A DNA stretch of 64,000 nt from Candidatus Moraniibacteriota bacterium (lineage in GTDB: Bacteria > Patescibacteriota > Minisyncoccia > Moranbacterales > GCA-2747515): positions 4,014 to 68,013 of the forward strand of contig JAXGYI010000006.1 of the NCBI GenBank assembly GCA_040772365.1, written 5' to 3'. The notes under the pieces were generated by a model. The model worked only from the letters and a program-made list of their open reading frames with translations. It ran no database searches and was not told where the DNA came from. Position numbers and translations under genes: made by a program. Positions 1 through 10,009 of this stretch are shown piece by piece. Each line of letters starts with the position of its first letter. The stretch's first letter is position 1.

Positions 1-2
1 TC

Positions 3-401
3 ATGTTTATTCCGTCAGAGGCCGTGTACTATGATTTGCTGACGAATCGTGTTGGTGATAGCAATATGATTGAGTATGCGTTTCGTGAGCGACGTGTGGT
101 GATTGTGTCGCCAACGTCCTTTCTCGCATATTTGCAGACGGTTGTACAAGGGTTGCATGCGCTGGAGATTGAGGAGAATGCCAAGCATATTAAAGTGCGC
201 GTAGCACAGCTGAGTCGTCACTGGAATCATTTTGAAACCTACATTGCAAAAATGGGAAAATCACTCCAAACCACAGTTAATCACTACAACCGTGCCCACG
301 AGGAGCTTGGTAAAGTGGACCGCGACGTGATGCGTATCACCGGTCGTACAGAGCCATCATTTACAGTAGAGAGTGTGGATCGTCCACTGCTGGACACATA
401 A
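3..401 (+). CDS. rmuC: DNA recombination protein RmuC, C-terminal part (5' end outside window)
   Basis: MFIPSEAVY...VVIVSPTSFLAYL motif typical of RmuC, followed by coiled coil. Confidence 0.85.
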   Translation: MFIPSEAVYYDLLTNRVGDSNMIEYAFRERRVVIVSPTSFLAYLQTVVQGLHALEIEENAKHIKVRVAQLSRHWNHFETYIAKMGKSLQTTVNHYNRAHEELGKVDRDVMRITGRTEPSFTVESVDRPLLDT

Positions 402-416
402 ACTGTATACACATTT

Positions 417-809
417 ATGAAAAAATATCACAAAATTATTCCACAGGTAATGCTACGTAATACGACGTACTGGAATAATGCGATCGTGCACTGGGTAGTA
501 ATTGCTATTATTTTTGTGTGGATTGCAAGTGTGATCATTCTTGCTATTTTTGTACATCCATCAGATGTACCGCTACGATTACAGTATAACGTTTTTTTTG
601 GAACAAGTTTGCATGCGCCGTGGTGGCAAGCATATCTCATTCCAGGCGTTGGTGCGTTATTTGCTATTGGTGATTTTTTTGTGGGACGCATGCTGTATAT
701 GGCAGAGGAGCGTGTTGCAGCGTACAGTATTTTACTGGGAGGGCTGTTTGCCGAAGTAGCAATGCTCATTGCCTGTGTCAGTATTGTCATGAATAATTTT
801 TTTCTGTAG
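417..809 (+). CDS. Hypothetical membrane protein (3 TM), CPR-type
   Basis: Three hydrophobic segments with LQYNVFFG loop; operonic spacing with neighbours. Confidence 0.7.
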   Translation: MKKYHKIIPQVMLRNTTYWNNAIVHWVVIAIIFVWIASVIILAIFVHPSDVPLRLQYNVFFGTSLHAPWWQAYLIPGVGALFAIGDFFVGRMLYMAEERVAAYSILLGGLFAEVAMLIACVSIVMNNFFL

Positions 810-812
810 TGT

Positions 813-2516
813 ATGAGCCGTCAATTTCATTTTCCCAATCCGCAAACAACCGAGCCGCGTGAGCGAAGAGCGCAGCGTATACTGGAGGTAATCCCGGCAC
901 TGATGACGTGGACGACACTGATTGGCATGGTTGTATTTTCATTTATTGCGCCGACGTGGATGGCTGTTGCCATCATTGCCTTTGATCTCTACTGGATCCA
1001 CCGTACAGTATTTATTGCATACTATTCTGTAAAGGCATACTTACAGCTACAGCGTGGTCAGCGTATTGATTGGTATGAGCGATGTACGCGTGTCGGTGAT
1101 CCAGATGACTATGCGCGTGATATTGCCAAGCGTATTGTAGAGACCACTACAGCATTACGTGGTGCGGGTTTACGGCGACGACGACAACTTCGTGCAGCCC
1201 GCAAAGAAGATCAAAAACTGCTAGCAACACTGCGATCCCTGGATCCGTCAGTGATTATGGATTGGCGTGACGTGATTCACGTGATACTATTGCCGACTGC
1301 CACGGAAGATGCTGCAAACATTGATCCAGCGATTGCATCTATTGCAGCAAGCAAGTATCCCAAAGACAAGATCATCATCCTTCTTGCCACAGAGGAACGT
1401 GAGGACGAAGAGCGACGCAGGAAGAAGGTGGACTTTTTAATGGAAAAATACGCTGGTGTTTTTCGCGATTTTCTCGTAACGACGCATGAGGTGGCAGATG
1501 GAGAAATGAAATGTAAAGCGTCTAATGCTGCCTATGCTGCGCGCAAACTGGAGGGATATCTTGCTGAGCATCATATTGCTCCTGAGCGGGTCGTGTTTTC
1601 CAATTTTGACTGTGAGTCTGTGGTGCACCCACAGTACCTTGCAGCACTAACCTATGAGTATATTATTTCTCCACGTCGTCTACAGCAGGCATATCAGCCG
1701 ATTCCGCTGTATCATAATAATTTATGGGATACAAATGCCTTTGTGCGCGTCATTGTGACAAGCTCATCGTTTTGGCACATGTTTCAAAGCACGCGTCGCG
1801 AGATGGTGACATTCTCCTCACATTCCGAAGCATTTAAGACGCTTAAAGATGTAAACTATTGGCCGGTAAACATGATTAGTGAGGACTCTATTATTTACTG
1901 GAAAGGGTATAGTTACTACAATGGCGACTACCAAGTCAAGCCGATCTACTTGCCGATCTCCATGGATGCAGTGCTAGCAGAGTCTTATATGAAAACGATT
2001 GTGAATCAATACAAGCAAAAGCGGCGGTGGGCATACGGTATTGAAAATTTTCCAGTGATTATGCGCGCTATTTGGCCTAATAAGAAAATTGCGATTACGG
2101 AGAAGTTACGTGTGGCAGCAGAGATGCTGGAAGGACACTGGTCATGGGCAACGGCGCCGTTTATTTTGGCGCTACTTGGGTGGTTGCCGTTGATTTTTGG
2201 CGGTACGGAATTTAATCAGAGTAACGTGGCACACATTTTGCCATACGTGACGCGTTTTTTGATGATGTTAGCAATGGGCGGGCTAGTAGTCTCTATATCT
2301 ATGTCAGTATTTCTTTTGCCACCACGCCCGAAGCAGTATAGCCGTACGCGCTATCTCTTCATGTTCCTGCAGTGGATTTTAGTGCCAATTATTTCACCAA
2401 CACTTGGATCGGTTCCTGCCATTGACTCGCAGACGCGCATTCTCTTGAAAAAATACTTTACGGAGTTTTGGGTCACAGAGAAAACGATTAAGCCTAATCC
2501 GACAAAGACATCGTAG
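813..2516 (+). CDS. Membrane glycosyltransferase family 2
   Basis: FDCES (DxD-like), ISED and QKRRWA (QxxRW) motifs; N- and C-terminal TM helices. Confidence 0.85.
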   Translation: MSRQFHFPNPQTTEPRERRAQRILEVIPALMTWTTLIGMVVFSFIAPTWMAVAIIAFDLYWIHRTVFIAYYSVKAYLQLQRGQRIDWYERCTRVGDPDDYARDIAKRIVETTTALRGAGLRRRRQLRAARKEDQKLLATLRSLDPSVIMDWRDVIHVILLPTATEDAANIDPAIASIAASKYPKDKIIILLATEEREDEERRRKKVDFLMEKYAGVFRDFLVTTHEVADGEMKCKASNAAYAARKLEGYLAEHHIAPERVVFSNFDCESVVHPQYLAALTYEYIISPRRLQQAYQPIPLYHNNLWDTNAFVRVIVTSSSFWHMFQSTRREMVTFSSHSEAFKTLKDVNYWPVNMISEDSIIYWKGYSYYNGDYQVKPIYLPISMDAVLAESYMKTIVNQYKQKRRWAYGIENFPVIMRAIWPNKKIAITEKLRVAAEMLEGHWSWATAPFILALLGWLPLIFGGTEFNQSNVAHILPYVTRFLMMLAMGGLVVSISMSVFLLPPRPKQYSRTRYLFMFLQWILVPIISPTLGSVPAIDSQTRILLKKYFTEFWVTEKTIKPNPTKTS

Positions 2517-2518
2517 AC

Positions 2519-3559
2519 ATGGCAGAATATACAATCATGTACGTACGTCCGTTTTTAACAGCACTTTGCATATCTGTCATAGCATGCGCCGCTCTGTTCG
2601 GCGTGGCGCGCCAGATGCGGTATAAGGATCGACGACGTGGTGAACGACATCGGCACGGCATGGGCATTTCGCGTTTTGGTGGCATCGCGATGATTGTGGC
2701 ATTTTGTGTGACATTGGCGTTAGATCCTCTTCTTGTTTTTGATCGTACGGTATGGGTATTTGTAGTGGGTGCATGTACAATCCTTGTTTTTGGTGTTGTT
2801 GATGATGTATATCCGCTGAGTTGGCGTACACAGTTCTTTGTGCAGATCGCACTGGTTCTCGTCACATTTATTTTTGGTGCGCGCATTGCCTTTGTGACCC
2901 ATCCATTTGGGGGGATACTGCCACTCGTTATGGGTTCTATTACTCTGGGTAGCCTATTATTCATGTTGGTCTGGATGCCTGTAATTATGAATGCAATAAA
3001 TTGGGCAGATGGTATTGATGGTGTCGCTGGTGGTGTAGCTGTGATTGCTGCAGTAACAATTTTTGTTTTAGCGCTACGCCCCAATGTACTGCAACCGCCA
3101 ATTGCGATTATTGCTATCGTTTTTGCCGGCGCTGTTATGGGATTTCTTCTCTTCAATCTTCCGCCAGCGCGTATTCTTGCAGGAACGTCCGGTGCATTTT
3201 TTATGGGGTATGTTCTTGCGGTGATGGCAATTGTTGCCGGCGCAAAAGTGGGGACAACATTGATGGTTTTGGCAGTACCGCTTATGGATGCTGCATGGGT
3301 AACGATTGCGCGGGTGCGGCGCCACGCCTCTATCTTTCACGGCGATGTCGGACATATGCACCACAGACTGCTGCGGCGTGGATGGCGCGTGTGGCAGGTT
3401 GTTTTGTTTTATTATGCAGTAACAGCAGCCTGCGCCATGGTTGCACTCACGACCGTGTCACAGTACAAGTGGGGGGTATTTTTACTTATCGGACTAGGGA
3501 TCACAACATTCTTTCTTCTCTACACGCGTGACTCACGTTCTCGTATAGCGCTGTCATGA
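2519..3559 (+). CDS. WecA/TagO-like undecaprenyl-phosphate sugar-1-phosphate transferase (MraY family)
   Basis: GVVDD, NAINWADGIDG, FNLPPARI, HMHHRLL motifs; polytopic membrane protein. Confidence 0.9.
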   Translation: MAEYTIMYVRPFLTALCISVIACAALFGVARQMRYKDRRRGERHRHGMGISRFGGIAMIVAFCVTLALDPLLVFDRTVWVFVVGACTILVFGVVDDVYPLSWRTQFFVQIALVLVTFIFGARIAFVTHPFGGILPLVMGSITLGSLLFMLVWMPVIMNAINWADGIDGVAGGVAVIAAVTIFVLALRPNVLQPPIAIIAIVFAGAVMGFLLFNLPPARILAGTSGAFFMGYVLAVMAIVAGAKVGTTLMVLAVPLMDAAWVTIARVRRHASIFHGDVGHMHHRLLRRGWRVWQVVLFYYAVTAACAMVALTTVSQYKWGVFLLIGLGITTFFLLYTRDSRSRIALS

Positions 3560-4008
3560 CAAAAAAATCCTTTTTCATTTTTGGCATACTAATGAGCATT
3601 CCGTGCAGTATTGCGGTATGGACCATACGTGATTTTGTGACCTATCGCCATACAGTAGTTATTAATGATACTGTAGTACGTGTTCGCGTAGCACATAGTC
3701 CATGGCAGCGTCGCCTTGGTCTTGGTGGAACGGCATATCTCTGTGATACATGTGGTATGCTCTTGCGTTTTGATCGTCTTGCTCCACATGCATTATGGAT
3801 GCGTGGTATGATTGTGAGCATTGATGCCATATGGATTTCTGGTGGTCGCGTTGTGGATGTGGCGCAAAACATGCAGTGGTGGCGCGGCACAGCAGATGTG
3901 CGCGTCTCGCAGAAAGCAGCTGATGCAGCTATAGAAGTACCTGCAGGATTTGTAAAAACGCACAATATTCGTATAGGTGATGCAGTGATCTATGGGGATG
4001 TTGAGTGA
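3556..4008 (+). CDS. DUF192 family protein
   Basis: RLGL..GMLLRF..WMRGM..IDAIWI..AIEVPAG..I.IGD pattern; N-terminal anchor. Confidence 0.85.
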   Translation: MTKKSFFIFGILMSIPCSIAVWTIRDFVTYRHTVVINDTVVRVRVAHSPWQRRLGLGGTAYLCDTCGMLLRFDRLAPHALWMRGMIVSIDAIWISGGRVVDVAQNMQWWRGTADVRVSQKAADAAIEVPAGFVKTHNIRIGDAVIYGDVE

Positions 4009-4088
4009 TTGGTGTAGATGATCTATAATGACAAGGAGACATATATCACTGGTGATTGTCGCAATATTTCATTAGTCAAACATTTTTT

Positions 4089-7046
4089 ATGGAACAGAAG
4101 CCATGGTTTACACGGAACGTTTCACAGTATCGATCAGCCGGTGCACCACCGCGCCAGGGACGTGCGGCAAAAGATCCGCGTATACGCATGCAGCAACAAC
4201 GCTCCGGCACTGTAGCGACCCAACGCGAACCCCTTATAAAAAAACCCACGATGCACATGCCACCGCAAGCGATGCGTACAGCGCCATCTGAACATACACA
4301 GCCGCAACACCCCAAGAAACGCAGCGTATGGATTTTGGACAAGGTGATTGCACTGTGCGTGTGGATGCTATTTTTTGGTGTGCCGCTCTTCTTTCTTAAT
4401 GTGGCGTATCAAGGAGTTGCTTTTGAAAAGCAATACTATTTCTATACGTGGACATTTATTGGTGGTGCGGCTTTTGTAATACGGAGCATGATGGGCGTGA
4501 CAAGCATCATTCGGCGCACGCCGCTCGATATACCCATTGCAGTGCTATGGTGCGTCGTAGTGATATCCGCACTGTTTTCTGTTGATCGATATCATAGCGC
4601 GTTTGGGTTTTTTGGTACGCCTGTAATGGGTGTTGTTAGCCTTACGGCAGTCATTGTTGCGTACTATATTATCGTTTCGACATTTACGCGCGCACGTATG
4701 GTGCAGATATGGTGGGCTGTTATAGCAAGCGGCGCGCTCGTGACTGCATGGTCTTTTGCCGCAACGATGCGGTTCATTGGTCAGGATATTCTCGCAATTA
4801 TACCTGGAACACTAACGGGTACATTTTCAGGGTTAACGGTATATCTGGGGATGCTTTTACCATTTTTAATCCTCACGCCATCCGTTATTGGTAATACACG
4901 CACAAAACTTGTCACAGGTATTGCTGCGATTTTGATTATCTTGAATGGTATGACACTTTCGGCGCTGTATGGCTATGTGCAGTGGTATGTAATTCTTGGT
5001 GCAGTTGGACTTCTCGTTGCATTCATGATCAGCCGTCTCGTGCACTCTACACAGGAGGGTAAGGGTATGGCTATTGGCGTTTTCTTGGCACTGATGTTCC
5101 TCTTCTTGTGGGGGCAGCCACTGGTGACACGTATTGCTATTCAGCCTGAACCTGTCATGACACATGCGCTCTCATGGACGATTGCAAAAGGTGCACTATC
5201 ATCGCGCCCGCTGCTTGGCAGTGGACCAGGAACATATGGATATCACTTCTCCCTTTTTGCGCCAAATACTCTTAATAAGAATGGCGACTACGATACACGC
5301 GCTTTTGTTGGTCGTGGCATGGTGATGGACGGTATTGCTACGATTGGTATTCTTGGCGTGATTGCGCTCTGTATTGTCTTTTTTACGTATATTGGCACAG
5401 CTTGGATTGCCTGCGTGCATGACAAACGCGATGAGTCACTGACAGTAGCTACATTGGGATTTTTCATAGCGTCGGTGGTGGCTGCGGTATACAGTCTTGT
5501 GTGGGCTATTGATGGGATGATTATGCTGTATGGCGTACTCCTTGCTGCGGCATGTATGGGCGGTATTGCTTTATCATCAGAGAGGCGTGCTGCAAAGACG
5601 TGGACATTTACATTTATGTCGTCACCGCAGCACGCGCTATCTTTTGCCTTTCTCTCCATTGTGGGGGCAGTGCTTGCCGTTTTTGGGTTTGTGACTCTGG
5701 GCAAGATGTTTATTGCAGATGTCTATGCGCGCGCAGCATTTGCTGCATATCGAGACAATGATACAGATCGCGCTACAGCATTTTTTCAGAAAACAATTAA
5801 TTTAAATGGCAAAGAGGGGCGCTACTATATCCTCATCGCACAATATGGACTGGATCTTGCGATGCGTGAAGCGCGCCAGCCTACTGATCAGCAAAACCGT
5901 GATGCGATTGCTACGTTTATTGTCAGTGCCGCCGGAGCAGCAAGTATGGGATGCGATCTTATGCCAAATGATGCCTTCGCTCATGAAATTAAGGGAATTG
6001 TTTTGGAAAATAGTGGCGGATATGTACAGAGTGCGGCAGATGACGCTTTGGCATCGTATCAGCGTGCCGGCGCATTAGAGCCGCATAATCCGCAGTTTGA
6101 TATTGCCATTGGGCGAATGCAATTAGTGAAGGCGCAGACAAAGACGGGAGAGCAGGCGGGACAGGAGCGCAAAGCCCTTGTCGAGGATGCCAAAAAATCT
6201 TTTGAGGCGGCACGAGATAAGACGACATTTCTATACGGCAATAGTGATGTCAGCCTCTTTGCCCCGGCGCACTATTATTTTGCAGTGACGCAGGAGGCAT
6301 TGGGCGACATCGATAGTGCGATTACGGCTATGGATACGGCACTAGCTGTTTCACAGAACGCCTCTAGTTCAGCGCCCTCTGATGATGTAAAGGCGCAGAG
6401 TGTGAATTATGCATTTCATCTCGCGCGCATGCTACAGGTGCGTCACGCCGAGGGGGACATTGAACAGGCGGAACGTATCTTACAGAATATTATTGCCGTA
6501 CGTACTAATGATGTAGATGCTACAATTGCGCTTGGATTGCTATATGAGAAGGATGGCAAGAAAGATGCTGCTATTGCACAGTATGAAAAAGTATTAACGT
6601 TTTTACCAGAAGATGATACAGAGTCCCGTGACACCGTACAGAAGATGATTGATGCGGTACGTGATGGCAGAGGCAATACCGCAGCACAGCACGAAGACGG
6701 TCCAGCGCGGAGTGTTGTTCCTGCAGAATTTCGTGAAGATCAGACTTCTCACCTAGCACTGCCGCGCGTAGTCATCGTCCATGATACAGCATCTGAGGAG
6801 CATGCTGCCAAAGGTGGTGATATCTTGCGCAGCAATGACTATGAGGTAGAAACGCGCCATAGCGAGAATGCGTCAACTGGGGTAACCGTATTGTATCGTG
6901 ATGAGATACATCTTGGTGCTGCACAGGAATTAGCGAATCTGCTACGCGCGCAATTTCCAGAGATCACGGTTTCGCATAACGACAGTGTTTTAGCATCCTA
7001 TGCGGAGTTTGATATTCTTGTAGATATTGGTCAGGACGAACCGTAA
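4089..7046 (+). CDS. O-antigen ligase-like membrane protein with TPR repeats and C-terminal LytR_C-like domain
   Basis: About 12+ TM helices, RPLLGSGPGTY periplasmic motif, TPR-like helices; ATG at 4089 preferred to TTG 4056. Confidence 0.7.
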   Translation: MEQKPWFTRNVSQYRSAGAPPRQGRAAKDPRIRMQQQRSGTVATQREPLIKKPTMHMPPQAMRTAPSEHTQPQHPKKRSVWILDKVIALCVWMLFFGVPLFFLNVAYQGVAFEKQYYFYTWTFIGGAAFVIRSMMGVTSIIRRTPLDIPIAVLWCVVVISALFSVDRYHSAFGFFGTPVMGVVSLTAVIVAYYIIVSTFTRARMVQIWWAVIASGALVTAWSFAATMRFIGQDILAIIPGTLTGTFSGLTVYLGMLLPFLILTPSVIGNTRTKLVTGIAAILIILNGMTLSALYGYVQWYVILGAVGLLVAFMISRLVHSTQEGKGMAIGVFLALMFLFLWGQPLVTRIAIQPEPVMTHALSWTIAKGALSSRPLLGSGPGTYGYHFSLFAPNTLNKNGDYDTRAFVGRGMVMDGIATIGILGVIALCIVFFTYIGTAWIACVHDKRDESLTVATLGFFIASVVAAVYSLVWAIDGMIMLYGVLLAAACMGGIALSSERRAAKTWTFTFMSSPQHALSFAFLSIVGAVLAVFGFVTLGKMFIADVYARAAFAAYRDNDTDRATAFFQKTINLNGKEGRYYILIAQYGLDLAMREARQPTDQQNRDAIATFIVSAAGAASMGCDLMPNDAFAHEIKGIVLENSGGYVQSAADDALASYQRAGALEPHNPQFDIAIGRMQLVKAQTKTGEQAGQERKALVEDAKKSFEAARDKTTFLYGNSDVSLFAPAHYYFAVTQEALGDIDSAITAMDTALAVSQNASSSAPSDDVKAQSVNYAFHLARMLQVRHAEGDIEQAERILQNIIAVRTNDVDATIALGLLYEKDGKKDAAIAQYEKVLTFLPEDDTESRDTVQKMIDAVRDGRGNTAAQHEDGPARSVVPAEFREDQTSHLALPRVVIVHDTASEEHAAKGGDILRSNDYEVETRHSENASTGVTVLYRDEIHLGAAQELANLLRAQFPEITVSHNDSVLASYAEFDILVDIGQDEP

Positions 7047-7081
7047 TACATAGGATGACGGTGATCACGAAGATGGGATAA

Positions 7082-7110
7082 TTGACGACAGGAATATTTT
7101 AGTGTAGGAT
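7082..7110 (+). promoter_or_regulatory. Sigma70-type promoter for tRNA-Lys/tRNA-Arg
   Basis: TTGACG-N17-TAGGAT, 14 nt before tRNA-Lys. Confidence 0.6.
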
Positions 7111-7124
7111 TGGCAATGTGTCAG

Positions 7125-7197
7125 GCGCCGTTAGCTCAGTCGGTAGAGCAGTTGGCTCTTAACCAAACGGTCGGGGGTTCAAATCCCTCACGGCGCA
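7125..7197 (+). tRNA. tRNA-Lys(CTT)
   Basis: Acceptor GCGCCGT/ACGGCGC, anticodon loop CTCTTAA, TTCAAAT T-loop; no encoded CCA. Confidence 0.95.
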
Positions 7198-7279
7198 CAT
7201 ACAGAACATGCCTCCTCTCTGAGAAGGCATTTTCTGTAGAAGGGTATAGTACACATCAGAGAATTTCGCAGATCTTACT

Positions 7280-7353
7280 GCCTCGGTAGCTCAGCGGATC
7301 AGAGCAGCGGGCTTCTATCCCGTTGGTCGGGGGTTCGAATCCCTCCCGGGGCA
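7280..7353 (+). tRNA. tRNA-Arg(TCT)
   Basis: Acceptor GCCTCGG/CCGGGGC, anticodon loop CTTCTAT, TTCGAAT T-loop; no encoded CCA. Confidence 0.95.
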
Positions 7354-7514
7354 CAATAGCACAACCCTTCAACATTCCTGATCCACTTGTGCTTTCTAGT
7401 CTATCTTTCGTAGTGAGAACGATTCAGGAGAAGAAAAGAAGTCAATAGGCGGAATATCGCAATTGGCTTTTTTTCATTTTTTAACTGAAGTGTAAAAACA
7501 GTGAAGACATTAGA

Positions 7515-8798
7515 CTATCGGCCATTTTTTGCGATATACTCATCCCATTGTTTTTTAGACCAGTCTTTGGGTTTTTCAGTGAGTTTTGCTACATCGCCGG
7601 GACGGGGATAATCTTTTGGCGATTTATAATTACTGTTGAAAACATCATTAATAACAATATCCCCATCTTGATTTGTCACCTTTTGGGTAAAGGTTGTTTT
7701 CATGGCGCCGTCGGGTTGGCGATCAATGATGTGGGGACCATTCATGGTGACAGTACGTCCATCATGCGTACCGTAGTAGGTGAAGGTAATATCTGATCCG
7801 ACAATGGCGAGGTTGATGAGGATATAGCCTGGCGTGTTATTGATGAAGCGAAAGTCTGGCGATGGGACGTAGATAGCAGCATCAAAGCCGATTGGCGAGT
7901 AGTACTGTACAGGATAGGAATGATTACGCCGCTGGGTAATCTTCATGCCAGTGTTGATCGCACTGCGGAACATGGTTGTGGATACTTGGCAGATGCCACC
8001 ACCAAACTCTGGCTTAGTTTCATTATCGCGGATGACAAGTTCTTCCGTATAACCATGTGCAGCGTCAACGGGTCCGAGAATTTTGACAAAAGAAAACTCT
8101 TCATTTGGCGCGATGAGAATACCGTCAAAGCGACGTGCAGATACGGTGATGTTATGAATCCGCGCAGCTGTAGATCCGCGAAAATTTGATACTCCGGATC
8201 CAAGAACATCTTTAATACCAAGATCATGGGCATTGGCGCTTGTTACGTGTGCTGGTAGGGTGGTAGCAATCATCTCTATGTCGTGTGGCGGTGGTTGTGA
8301 TAGGAGTGTTTTCGCAATACGTTCTACAGTCTGATCTACGTCGAGCACAATACCATCCTGGTGTGGTGCAATTTCTTGTAGAGTTTGGCTTTCTGCGTTA
8401 AAGCGCAGGCGTGCGTTGACGGGATCAGTATTGATGCGACGTGCAAGATCAGTAACAAATGCTGTCAGTGCGCTTGTACTGATTGCAGGTGCGGATGGTA
8501 GGGTACGCGTTGTAAATGCAGCAGCAGTGGTGTTGGTGAGTAGGCATGGTGTATCACTGCGTAGGGTAGTGCAAAATAACAGTGCTTCAATTTCACTGTG
8601 GTATGTTGCGTCATAGACACGGTGAACATCCTTGCGCATAAATGACGCAACGTCCTTTTCAGTCAGTATTTCTTTTTTTACACCATGTAAACGCAGCGTT
8701 ACAGCAGATGGTGACTGTGCGTGTGTGGTGTGTGCAGTGCTAGCCAGAGAAAGTGTGCTAATAGCAATGCAGCTGTATGTAATAATACGAAAAAACAT
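7515..8798 (-). CDS. VanW family protein with peptidoglycan-binding-like domain
   Basis: Signal peptide; R.HNI...FSF...G, GGGICQVSTT, RRNHSY, DFRFINNT VanW motifs. Confidence 0.9.
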   Translation of the reverse strand: MFFRIITYSCIAISTLSLASTAHTTHAQSPSAVTLRLHGVKKEILTEKDVASFMRKDVHRVYDATYHSEIEALLFCTTLRSDTPCLLTNTTAAAFTTRTLPSAPAISTSALTAFVTDLARRINTDPVNARLRFNAESQTLQEIAPHQDGIVLDVDQTVERIAKTLLSQPPPHDIEMIATTLPAHVTSANAHDLGIKDVLGSGVSNFRGSTAARIHNITVSARRFDGILIAPNEEFSFVKILGPVDAAHGYTEELVIRDNETKPEFGGGICQVSTTMFRSAINTGMKITQRRNHSYPVQYYSPIGFDAAIYVPSPDFRFINNTPGYILINLAIVGSDITFTYYGTHDGRTVTMNGPHIIDRQPDGAMKTTFTQKVTNQDGDIVINDVFNSNYKSPKDYPRPGDVAKLTEKPKDWSKKQWDEYIAKNGR

Positions 8799-8886
8799 GC
8801 GCTATATACTCAAACACACGAATAAAAGAGGGTAGGAAAACCCTCCTTTAGTATAGTGTATTATTGAGTCTCTTACAATATTATTT

Positions 8887-9438
8887 TTAGAATCCACGTA
8901 CTTGAATCTTCTTCGTCTTTGTCACATCAGCTTTCGGTAGACGAATAGTCAAGATGCCATTTTTGAGGGTAGCATCAATTTTATCAGCTAAGACATCCAT
9001 AGGGAGGACGATAGATCGAGAAAATGACCCCCAATAGCACTCGCGATAGTAGTAGTTATTTTCATCCACAACTTCTTCATTTTTGCGATCACCTTTGATG
9101 GTAATCATATCATTGCTAATAGACACATCCAAATCCTCCGGCTTAACCCCGGCGATTGTTGACTTGATCACGATCTCCGTGTCTGTTTGGTATACATCAA
9201 TTGTCAACTGCCCCTCAGCATCATCTGCAGATGCTGCATGTTGCGGCATCATTTCTTGCGTATCGCCGCCCCAGTTGTCCTGTGGCAGTGTCATAGATGT
9301 ATCTTGGTAATCTACCTGCATCTGCATTTCCTGATCACCGCCATACACAGGCATAGACATTGGCTGATCGTGCAGGGTGTGCTGTTCCGGCTCTTGTGAT
9401 CCGGAGAATCGATTGAGAAAAGAGCGTTTTTCTTTCAT
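8887..9438 (-). CDS. Hsp20/alpha-crystallin small heat-shock protein
   Basis: IDVYQT..EIVI...AGV..EDLDV, RECYWGSFSRSI.LP, NGILTIRLPK. Confidence 0.92.
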   Translation of the reverse strand: MKEKRSFLNRFSGSQEPEQHTLHDQPMSMPVYGGDQEMQMQVDYQDTSMTLPQDNWGGDTQEMMPQHAASADDAEGQLTIDVYQTDTEIVIKSTIAGVKPEDLDVSISNDMITIKGDRKNEEVVDENNYYYRECYWGSFSRSIVLPMDVLADKIDATLKNGILTIRLPKADVTKTKKIQVRGF

Positions 9439-9505
9439 AAAATGTGGGTTAACTAGCAATCACTTCTACGCGTTCATTATAAACCACAAGACGAATTGGC
9501 GCAAG

Positions 9506-10009
9506 TCATGCGGTATGGTGGAGGAGAAAGATGAGTGCATTGCCAGTGGCGTGGAGAAGAATAGTGCTGAGAAGTGCAATGACAATGCGCTGTGCAGCAG
9601 AGAGGGTATGACGCTGTGTCAACATGATTACAGCGATACTACTTACGGTGATATGGATCAGAAGTGGGGGGATTGTAGAGAGCGGTGATGTTGGCATTGT
9701 ACCCATCAGACGCAGCATCAGCTCAGTCGCCCAAAATCCGCCACCAAGACTTACGCCGTGCCACAATGCTGCTGTAGGCATCAGAGAGGCGCGGAGAAAC
9801 ATTTTTGCAATGAGAAGGACTCGCACACACTCTTCAATGCACGCAGCGAGGATGATGGCGGGGAGTGCATGAGACAGTATTGGCGTAGTATAGGAGAGCT
9901 GTTGAGGGTCGTACAGAAATACGTCTGTGACAATCATAATGCCAACCTGTGGAAGGAGTGCGATAGCAGCGATGAGAATGCCGAGGATGAATGATATGCC
10001 GTAGTTCAT
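9506..10009 (-). CDS. PrsW-family intramembrane glutamic protease (putative)
   Basis: EE..R, G.GF..TE and two conserved His (IHIT, LLHATGN) in TM helices. Confidence 0.65.
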   Translation of the reverse strand: MNYGISFILGILIAAIALLPQVGIMIVTDVFLYDPQQLSYTTPILSHALPAIILAACIEECVRVLLIAKMFLRASLMPTAALWHGVSLGGGFWATELMLRLMGTMPTSPLSTIPPLLIHITVSSIAVIMLTQRHTLSAAQRIVIALLSTILLHATGNALIFLLHHTA

